Below, one piece after another: positions 6,767 through 14,044 of a stretch of 32,000 nt of DNA (its first letter is position 1; every line of letters begins with the position of its first letter). Made by a program: the position numbers and the translations under genes. Where the stretch lies: contig NZ_RSDW01000001.1 in assembly GCF_003945235.1 (NCBI RefSeq), positions 3,660,001-3,692,000 on the forward strand. The letters run 5' to 3'. This DNA comes from Edaphobacter aggregans (lineage in GTDB: Bacteria > Acidobacteriota > Terriglobia > Terriglobales > Acidobacteriaceae). The notes under the pieces are model-generated. The model ran no database searches. It was not told the origin of the DNA and worked only from the letters and a program-made list of their open reading frames with translations.

Positions 6767-9700
6767 TTGTTCGGGCCGAATAATTTCAACCGAACTCAGA
6801 GGTGCGTTTTGGGAAAAGTACTAAGGACGATTGCGACGAGCATTAGCATTTCTCTCTACTTATTTGTTCTGGGATGTGGAGACCCCGCACTTTCTCAATC
6901 CGGGGCCCCGAGTATCAGCCAAATTTTCCCGCAGACTATTGCAGTGGGTACGCAAAGTCAGATTATCAAGGTGACGGGACAGCATTTTGCAAACCAGGCA
7001 GCCATTCTCTGGAATGGGCACGCACTTCCCACGACTGTTGTCGATTCCAATACGTTGTCTGGGGCAGTTCAAGGTAGTAATCTCGCCGCTCCCGCTACTG
7101 TTCAGTTGAAAGTGCAGAACTTGGATAATGGGCAACAATCGCAACCTATGCCAGTAACGGTGGCAGCGGCTGCTACGTCGTCCAGTCAACTCGTAATCAA
7201 CTCGGTCGCTGTTTCCGGAGCAATGGTGAATCAACCATATGCCAGCGCGTTCGGTGCAAGTGGAGGCACTCCTGTGTACACATGGTCGATCACGTCTGGA
7301 CAATTGCCGGCGGGCCTCTCTCTTGTGGCATCGACCGGTGTAATTTCCGGTATACCGACGGTCAGCGGGACGTTCAATTTCACTATCTCGGTTGCGGATT
7401 CAGCAAGCCCGGCACAGTCTGTCTCGACGTCGGCCTCGATCACTGTCTCGTCTTCACAACTGGCGATCCTATCGCCACAGTTTCCCTCCGGAGGTGTCGG
7501 CACGGCTTATTCGATTGCCATGAAAGCTGCTGGCGGCACACCTGCATACACATGGTCCATTACGTCCGGACAATTGCCAACGGGTCTCTCTATGGGATCA
7601 TCGAGCGGCGTGATATCCGGTACACCGACAGTTGGTGGTACGTTCAAATTCACCATCTCGGTCGCGGATTCAGCAAGTCCGGCACAGTCGATCTCGACGT
7701 CGGCCTCGATCACTGTCTCGTCTTCACAACTGACGATCTTGTCCCCACTGTTCCCCTCCGGGGGTGTCGGTACGGCTTATTCGATTGCCATGAAAGCTGC
7801 TGGCGGCACACCTACATACACATGGTCCATTACGTCCGGACAATTGCCGACAGGTCTCTCTATGGGATCATCGAGCGGCGTGATATCCGGTACACCGACA
7901 GTTGGCGGTACGTTCAATTTCACCATCTCGGTTGCGGATTCATCAAACCCGGCACAGTCAGTCTCGACGTCGGCCTCAGTTAGTGTCGGATCTTCTCAGC
8001 TGGCGATCACGTCCTCAGTGCTATCCTCTGGGATTGTCGACACGGCTTATTCGACGGCTTTACAGGCAAGTGGCGGAACACCGGCTTATACCTGGTCGAT
8101 TGCCGCAGGTAGTCTGCCTGCAGGGCTCACTCTGGCCGCGACCACCGGTGTAATTTCGGGTACACCGACGACTTCTGGAACCTCTAAATTCATCGCAAGT
8201 CTGACGGACAACAGCAATCCGGCACAAACGCAGTCCACTGCGATGACAATCACAGTAGCCGCGGCACAGCCGCCTACGGGGCCTGGAACAACCTGGTACG
8301 TTCGCCCCGATGGAGGCACACGGTATTCTTCGAATGTGACTACGGGCCAATGTGATGGTAAGGCGGATGCGCCATACTCAGGCTCCGGTGTGAACCAGCA
8401 CTGCGCGTTCAACGACGTGCGGATGCTGTATCAGGATGGGACGTATAACATCGGCGCGTCATTTCCGGCCTGGGGTTGGGTAATTGCTGGTGGCGATACG
8501 GTCCTCATTCGAGGATCTATTGGGACGGGCGTCTCCTACCGGATAGGTTGGAACGGTACGACGTACGACGGTTGGGGTATTGCAGGGGATCCGTGGAGTT
8601 CCGGGATGCCGCCTCCTCCATCGGGGACAGCATCGCAGCACACGCGTATTTTGGGTGAAAACTATGCTTCGTGTCACAGTGCATCGGCTAAGACGCAGCT
8701 CCATGGCGGACGAGGGGCTTACGCTGTCATGAGTTTGTATGGGGCTTCCTACGTGGATGTCGCTTGTCTTGATATCACGGATTTTTCGGCGTGTGGTCGG
8801 GCAACGCAAAAAGTAGGATGCGATTCGACACAAGACTTCGCACAGGTCGGGATTCAACTCCACAACACCTCAACGCATGATTCGTTCACTGATATTCATA
8901 TCCATGGTCTTGCTGGAGCAGGCGTAGCTGGATCTACTGGAGATGGCGTAGTGATGGACTACGTGGACATTCTGGGCAACGCCAGTTCCGGGTGGAACGC
9001 CGATGAGGGCGATGGGACCACCGGTGTAGGATCGCTCCTCGTGTCTCATTTCAACATCAGTTGGAACGGCTGCGCCGAGGAGTATCCGATTGTTGACTCT
9101 GTTCCGTACGGAGACTGCACGGATCAGTCCAGCGGAGGGTATGGAGATGGCTTCGGTACTGCGACCGTAGCAAGTCCTTCTCCTGGTTGGCAGGTCCACT
9201 TTGATAATGGCACTGTAAGTTACAACACGCAGGATGGATTGGATGCACTTCATATCAGCGGTCCCGGGTCGACAATGACTGACACGAGAGTGCTGGCGTA
9301 TGGAAATGAAGGACAGCAGCTAAAGGTAGGTGGAGCTACCGCAACGATACAAGATAGCGTCATTGTGGGGAATTGTGAAGCGATGACGACGCAAGCAATT
9401 CCGGGGACACCCGCGGGATTCGGGTCGGTTCTGGCGTCACCTTGCAGGGCCGCGAATACAGCGGTCGTTATCAACGTCACACCTGGCTATCAGGCTACCT
9501 TTCAAGGCAATACGGTTTTTACCCAAGGATCGATTGGTCTTGAGGTAGAGTACGCAACTGCAGACACAGGGCCAACTAACACGCTTCAATTCAACGACAA
9601 CATATTTGTTGGATTTCCGAACTCTGGGAACGGAGCGAACCCCACTCCGATTTATAGCAACACTGATCTAAAGATGCTCACGAATCCGGGTGCGAGTTGG

Positions 9701-9952
9701 TCGAATAACTCCTATTTCGGATATAGGAACAACTGGATGTGCCCGGCGGTCAATGAGAGCAATGCTCTGTGTATCGATCCTGGACTGGTAGATGAGACTT
9801 ACCATCCTTATGGCTATGGCAACATGGCACCGGCATCCAGCTCCAGTCCAGTCGTCGGAGCAGGAGTGGCTGTACCCTCCATCCCCCTGGATTATACTGG
9901 CGTAACTCGGCCGAATCCTCCGAGTATCGGAGCGTATGAGTTCCCTCAATAG
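6767..9952 (+). CDS. large multidomain lipoprotein: IPT/TIG + 4x He_PIG (cadherin-like Ig) + Cys-rich putative right-handed beta-helix domain
   Basis: 1061-codon ORF with no in-frame ATG near the 5' end. The start is TTG at 6767 or TTG at 6809 (GAGG at 6799..6802, 6 nt upstream). The signal ends in the lipobox-like LFVLGC. An IPT/TIG-like segment (PSISQIFPQ...VQLKVQN) follows, then four 90-aa repeats with GGTPxYTWSITSGQLPxGL...GVISGTPT. The C-terminal region of about 550 aa starts TTWYVRPDGG and ends IGAYEF, with periodic coils (DVACLDITDFS, FTDIHIHGLAG, VMDYVDILGNAS, LDALHISG). Confidence 0.85.
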   Translation: MFGPNNFNRTQRCVLGKVLRTIATSISISLYLFVLGCGDPALSQSGAPSISQIFPQTIAVGTQSQIIKVTGQHFANQAAILWNGHALPTTVVDSNTLSGAVQGSNLAAPATVQLKVQNLDNGQQSQPMPVTVAAAATSSSQLVINSVAVSGAMVNQPYASAFGASGGTPVYTWSITSGQLPAGLSLVASTGVISGIPTVSGTFNFTISVADSASPAQSVSTSASITVSSSQLAILSPQFPSGGVGTAYSIAMKAAGGTPAYTWSITSGQLPTGLSMGSSSGVISGTPTVGGTFKFTISVADSASPAQSISTSASITVSSSQLTILSPLFPSGGVGTAYSIAMKAAGGTPTYTWSITSGQLPTGLSMGSSSGVISGTPTVGGTFNFTISVADSSNPAQSVSTSASVSVGSSQLAITSSVLSSGIVDTAYSTALQASGGTPAYTWSIAAGSLPAGLTLAATTGVISGTPTTSGTSKFIASLTDNSNPAQTQSTAMTITVAAAQPPTGPGTTWYVRPDGGTRYSSNVTTGQCDGKADAPYSGSGVNQHCAFNDVRMLYQDGTYNIGASFPAWGWVIAGGDTVLIRGSIGTGVSYRIGWNGTTYDGWGIAGDPWSSGMPPPPSGTASQHTRILGENYASCHSASAKTQLHGGRGAYAVMSLYGASYVDVACLDITDFSACGRATQKVGCDSTQDFAQVGIQLHNTSTHDSFTDIHIHGLAGAGVAGSTGDGVVMDYVDILGNASSGWNADEGDGTTGVGSLLVSHFNISWNGCAEEYPIVDSVPYGDCTDQSSGGYGDGFGTATVASPSPGWQVHFDNGTVSYNTQDGLDALHISGPGSTMTDTRVLAYGNEGQQLKVGGATATIQDSVIVGNCEAMTTQAIPGTPAGFGSVLASPCRAANTAVVINVTPGYQATFQGNTVFTQGSIGLEVEYATADTGPTNTLQFNDNIFVGFPNSGNGANPTPIYSNTDLKMLTNPGASWSNNSYFGYRNNWMCPAVNESNALCIDPGLVDETYHPYGYGNMAPASSSSPVVGAGVAVPSIPLDYTGVTRPNPPSIGAYEFPQ
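7186..8265 (+). repeat. four in-frame tandem copies of a 270-bp (90-codon) unit encoding the He_PIG domains
   Basis: The period is fixed by GGCTTATTCGATTGCC at 7504 and 7774. Units 2 and 3 are nearly identical, for example a 53-nt exact run at 7583..7635 = 7853..7905. Units 1 and 4 are more diverged. Confidence 0.9.
8288..9823 (+). repeat. copy A of a ~1.5-kb segmental duplication (C-terminal domain of the first lipoprotein)
   Basis: It aligns with 10017..11547 at a constant offset of 1729 bp through the first half: TGGTACGTTCG at 8294 and 10023, and an exact 38-nt run at 8735..8772 = 10464..10501. Confidence 0.85.
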
Positions 9953-11717
9953 CCGCATATGCCTTAAGACGCTTTGTGTATTGGTTCTAGGATGTGCGTG
10001 TGTTCCCCTCTTCGGTACGACTTGGTACGTTCGTCCGGATGGAGGCACGCGCTACTCCACAAACGTAACGAAGGGCCAGTGCGATGGTAAGGCAGATGCG
10101 CCTTACCCCGGCTCCGGCGCGAACAAGCATTGTGCGTTCAACGACGTGCGTATGCTGTATACGGATGGGACGTATGCCGACGGTCATCACTTTCCTGCCT
10201 GGGGTTGGGTGATTGCTGGAGGCGATACGGTCATCATTCGAGGCTCTATTGGGACCGGCGCCTCCTACCGGATAGGCTGGAACGGTACTACGTACGACGG
10301 CTGGGGTATTGCGGGGGACGCGTCGAGTTCAGGGATGCTACCCCCTCCGTCCGGCACAGCTGCACAGCACACGCGCATTCTGGGTGAGAACTACGCTTCG
10401 TGTCACAGCGCGTCGGCTAAGACGCAACTCCACGGAGGGCGAGGGGCTTATGCTGTCATGAGCTTGTATGGGGCTTCCTACGTGGATGTCGCTTGTCTTG
10501 ACATTACGGATTTCTCGGCGTGTGGCAAGGCAGCACAGAAAGTTGGGTGCGATTCGACGCAGGACTATGCTCAGGTCGGGATTCAGTTACACAATACTTC
10601 AACACACGATACGCTTACAGACATTCACATCCATGGTCTTGCAGGCTCAGGCATAGTTGGAGCTACCGGAAATGGCGTAGTAATGGACTACGTCGATGTT
10701 CTAGGGAACGCCAGTTCTGGCTGGAACGCCGATGAAGGCGACGGGACTACTGGAGTGGGATCGCTTAATGTGTCCCACTACGACATCAGTTGGAACGGTT
10801 GTGCCGAGGAGTACCCCATTGTACATCCGCTCCCATTTGGAGACTGCACGGATCAGGACCATGGGGGGTATGGCGACGGCTTCGGAACGGCGACAAAGGA
10901 CAGCGATCCGCCAGGTTGGCAGGTTCATTTCGATCAGGGTGTTGTCAGTTACAACACGCAGGATGGATTAGATGCGCTTCACATCGGTGGTACAGGCTCG
11001 AGCATGACCGTTACGAACACGCGTGCCTTCAGCAGTATGGGACAACAGATCAAGGTAGGTGGCGCAGCGGCGATCATAACCGACAATCTTATAGTCGGCA
11101 ATTGTAGGGCGATGTCCAAGGCGATCCCAGGCACGCCGCCGGGATTCAACGCTCAGTTGAGTCTGTTTTGCCGGGCAGGTGACAGTGCAATCGTCGTCAA
11201 TGTGCCAGAGACTCAGCCTGCCATATTCCAGCGCAACATTATTTACTCGGCAAACCGCCTTGCTTTGGAGGTCGAGTATCTTGGGAATCCATCGCCCAAG
11301 GCCGCTATCAAATATGACGACAACATCTTTATTGGTTTTCCCAACGTGGAAGGTAGCTACCCTTCGCCAATCTACAGCAATACCGATCTGAAGATGTTCA
11401 CCAATCCGGGAGCTAGCTTTAGCAACAATATTACTTTTCGCGCTAAGAGTAACTGGAAATGCCCTGCTACCTGGCTGCACGAGACGGGTGGTAGCTGTAG
11501 CGATCCGCAACTAAAGGATGAGACCTGGCACGAGTATGGCTATGGGGATTTCTCGCGCACTAAAGCTATCGACAAGAACTCATCGCAGCCTGAACCGGGT
11601 CCTTCTCGTGGACCTTCGCATGTCTCTACAGTGATGAAGTCATTGGGAACAGCTGTCCTGGTAGCGGGTGCCTGGAGAGGATTTCTATACTTGAGGGACC
11701 GTTCAACCAAGGCCTAG
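9936..11717 (+). CDS. paralogous Cys-rich putative beta-helix lipoprotein with a C-terminal hydrophobic/basic tail
   Basis: 593-codon ORF. The ATG at 9936 has GGAG at 9929..9932 and overlaps the last 17 nt of the upstream gene. The signal ends in the lipobox-like LVLGC. From residue 28 (TTWYVRPDGG) it parallels the C-terminal domain of the upstream protein, with the Cys positions conserved. The tail ...SSQPEPGPSRGPSHVSTVMKSLGTAVLVAGAWRGFLYLRDRSTKA is unique to this copy. Confidence 0.85.
   Translation: MSSLNSRICLKTLCVLVLGCACVPLFGTTWYVRPDGGTRYSTNVTKGQCDGKADAPYPGSGANKHCAFNDVRMLYTDGTYADGHHFPAWGWVIAGGDTVIIRGSIGTGASYRIGWNGTTYDGWGIAGDASSSGMLPPPSGTAAQHTRILGENYASCHSASAKTQLHGGRGAYAVMSLYGASYVDVACLDITDFSACGKAAQKVGCDSTQDYAQVGIQLHNTSTHDTLTDIHIHGLAGSGIVGATGNGVVMDYVDVLGNASSGWNADEGDGTTGVGSLNVSHYDISWNGCAEEYPIVHPLPFGDCTDQDHGGYGDGFGTATKDSDPPGWQVHFDQGVVSYNTQDGLDALHIGGTGSSMTVTNTRAFSSMGQQIKVGGAAAIITDNLIVGNCRAMSKAIPGTPPGFNAQLSLFCRAGDSAIVVNVPETQPAIFQRNIIYSANRLALEVEYLGNPSPKAAIKYDDNIFIGFPNVEGSYPSPIYSNTDLKMFTNPGASFSNNITFRAKSNWKCPATWLHETGGSCSDPQLKDETWHEYGYGDFSRTKAIDKNSSQPEPGPSRGPSHVSTVMKSLGTAVLVAGAWRGFLYLRDRSTKA
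10017..11547 (+). repeat. copy B of the ~1.5-kb segmental duplication
   Basis: See copy A. Similarity is very high in the first ~800 bp and clearly lower afterwards, ending at the shared YGYG codons. Confidence 0.85.
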
Positions 11718-12616
11718 CTCCGTTTCGGACTTCCAATCCAATTCCAGAACAGCGACGCTGCAGTTCTAGGGTTATCCATATCGATTGGACAGATGGCTAC
11801 AGCTCGCAAGGAACTTATCAGGGCAGCCCACGGACGGTTCTGACTCTTCAGGGCGTCTGCTCGCTGCTTATAGGCGCGAGCCCAACTGATCTGACGCGCG
11901 AGTATCCCGCAGCCGGGTGCGCCATAATGTTTGTTGATGAACTGTAATTGGGCTCGTAACATTCGGTTGGGATCGGTTGACATCGAACCTGGTGAAATCC
12001 TGTAATGAGCAATGACTTTGGGCACGAACGCGACTTCGTATCGGAGGGCGATCCGTAGCCAGAGATCGCGATCTTCTGTCGCGCGCATCGTCTCGTCGAA
12101 AAGACCAACCTCGTCAACGCATTTTCTGCGAAATGTCATGGTGGGGCACGGCAGTTCAACTTTACGCATATAAATGTACGGCGCAATATTCCCTTCGGCG
12201 TATCTAGGGTTTCCCGCGAATGTTCTTCCTAACTGACCTTCCGGGTCGATGGTAGTGACGAGACCGTAGGCAAGACCAGCTTGCGGCCGCTCTGCAAAGG
12301 CTTTCAATGACTCTGAGAGGCGGCATGGGAGCCATACATCATCAGCATCGAGGAGAGCAAGGAATTCAGCTGTTGAAGCCTTAATGGCGGTGTTTCTCGC
12401 TGCCGGCAGCCCGCGGTTATTTTGCTTGATGTATTTAAATTTGGAACCGAGTCGCTCCAAGAACGGAGCGATTACTTCAGCAGTATTGTCAGTGCTGCCA
12501 TCGTCTACGAGCAAAATCTGCCAATCATCGAACGTCTGTGAAACGACACTCTCAATGGCGGCCGGTAGGTAGTGTGCAGCATTGAACGAAGGGATAATAA
12601 CGTCGACCGTAGCCAT
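11714..12616 (-). CDS. glycosyltransferase family 2 (GT-A)
   Basis: 300-codon ORF. The N-terminus VDVIIPSFNAAHYLPAAIESVVSQTF..ILLVDDGSTDNT and the later LDADDVW (DxD) are textbook GT2 signatures. Confidence 0.9.
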   Translation of the reverse strand: MATVDVIIPSFNAAHYLPAAIESVVSQTFDDWQILLVDDGSTDNTAEVIAPFLERLGSKFKYIKQNNRGLPAARNTAIKASTAEFLALLDADDVWLPCRLSESLKAFAERPQAGLAYGLVTTIDPEGQLGRTFAGNPRYAEGNIAPYIYMRKVELPCPTMTFRRKCVDEVGLFDETMRATEDRDLWLRIALRYEVAFVPKVIAHYRISPGSMSTDPNRMLRAQLQFINKHYGAPGCGILARQISWARAYKQRADALKSQNRPWAALISSLRAVAICPIDMDNPRTAASLFWNWIGSPKRS

Positions 12617-12683
12617 CTTGCGTATTTTCCCACATCGTCGACGGTTGCACTCGAATTTGTTGAGCGGTCGGCAAGCTAACTAC

Positions 12684-13655
12684 TCATGTGCGAACGCCGC
12701 GGAGTGCAAGAAATGTTCCGGTTACAAGCAGATCTTCGTCGCTGTAATCAGAGAAACATTTTTGCAGGCGGGGACGGATATCTCGAAGACCATCAAGATT
12801 CCGTTGGTCGTAATGCGTCCCCGGAATCAGGCTCTCAATATGGGGCGAAAACTCATTCTCGCCTGCGATGTGAGTGATATAAAAGCGTGAGTCATAAAAG
12901 TCGCGTGCTGCCAATTCGCGATAGGTCGGCAATCGCAGACGGTTCATGGTTGGATCAGGACGTGAGATCAGATTCCAGAGGGTATCGGAGACGGTCAGGA
13001 AATAAAGTGGATGTATTTCCCCGAAGAGGTTGTGGCAACGGAAGTCCACTTTGTGCCACATCTCACCGTCGAACCGTAAGCACCGGACCATGTTCTTCCA
13101 ACCCGTCTCCAAATTCCCAAGATGCTCCAACACTGCACGAGATATAACAATGTCGTAACTCTGCGATTCGAGAGGTGTCGCAATGCTGTCCATCGGGACA
13201 CTGTAGCGACTGAGTAAACGGTCGCCTCCGACGGTTGCCGTTCCATCGGACTGGAGTGTAACTACATCCTTAACGCGTTCCTTTTCCTCAGCGCTGAGAC
13301 CGTTGTAGATCGCCCGATAAATGTATGCGTTGTGTTTGGCATCGAAATTTGGGGCGAATCCGTCGATACAGGTCACCGTACGCGCACCCTTCGCCAGCAG
13401 GAGAAGAGCGACGCCCAGATTGTCTCCTGGCCCGACTTCAAGAACGTCTTTCCCTCTCAGGCGCTCCGTGTCGCCTCCCGCTCCATATGTCAGGTAATCG
13501 GCCACTACCCGGTGAGCATAGCCAGCAGCATCTTCTACCGACATATTAAGACCGGTCGAGCCCGAATGATGCCCACGCAGCTTGAGGCGAGTCAGAACCT
13601 GGCCTTTTGCATAATTCAACCCCGCCAATATCGGCGAGTGGTCAATGAATGACAT
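12684..13655 (-). CDS. class I SAM-dependent methyltransferase
   Basis: 323-codon ORF with ATG at 13655 and TGGAG about 9 nt upstream. Motif I is VLEVGPGDNLG. The later YDIVISRAVLEHL is typical of Methyltransf_11/23-type enzymes. There is a long C-terminal extension of unknown role. Confidence 0.8.
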   Translation of the reverse strand: MSFIDHSPILAGLNYAKGQVLTRLKLRGHHSGSTGLNMSVEDAAGYAHRVVADYLTYGAGGDTERLRGKDVLEVGPGDNLGVALLLLAKGARTVTCIDGFAPNFDAKHNAYIYRAIYNGLSAEEKERVKDVVTLQSDGTATVGGDRLLSRYSVPMDSIATPLESQSYDIVISRAVLEHLGNLETGWKNMVRCLRFDGEMWHKVDFRCHNLFGEIHPLYFLTVSDTLWNLISRPDPTMNRLRLPTYRELAARDFYDSRFYITHIAGENEFSPHIESLIPGTHYDQRNLDGLRDIRPRLQKCFSDYSDEDLLVTGTFLALRGVRT

Positions 13656-13967
13656 TGTGAAATCTCCAATCAGAGGTATGAGTCGTCAAGCGGGAATGCA
13701 GTATCCACTTGAGTTCTGTACGTTCCACTTCATGTCACGGTCGAGATTAGCGTCGAACAGAGTGCCAATTTAGCGAGGGCTTTCCGCTGTCCGCGATGAT
13801 ACACATGAACGCCAAAGACTTGAAGCCTAATGCGTGGGATCGATTCGTAAGTCACTTGTTTGCAGTTGGATGAAACATGAGGTTGCTAAAAAAGTCCAAA
13901 CAAAATGTGTTGCGACAATCGATTTTGACGCATTGACTAGAAGAGGTATGCCAGCGACATCCGTACC

Positions 13968-13973
13968 TATAAT
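13968..13973 (+). promoter_or_regulatory. candidate -10 hexamer for the membrane-protein gene
   Basis: A perfect TATAAT lies 72 nt upstream of the ATG at 14045, in the divergent intergenic region. No convincing -35 sits at 17-bp spacing (TTGACT at 13933..13938 is 29 nt away). Confidence 0.25.
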
Positions 13974-14044
13974 TTTCTCGTGCTATTCTGCTGATCAACA
14001 AGCACGAAGACGATGTCAGTTCCCGATGGGGATACGGAAGTTCC

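Noticed and set aside
7282-7983. A 233-codon + strand ORF in an alternative frame across the 270-bp repeats, plus several antisense ORFs (7231..7503, 7507..7713, 8086..8412).
   Set aside because: The open frames are propagated by the repeat periodicity. The He_PIG frame has recognisable domain motifs and continues into the large ORF.
7186-8265. A regularly spaced repeat array that might be mistaken for a CRISPR array or a satellite.
   Set aside because: The period is 270 bp with no short repeat/spacer alternation. The repeats are in-frame coding units of one ORF, and no cas genes are present.
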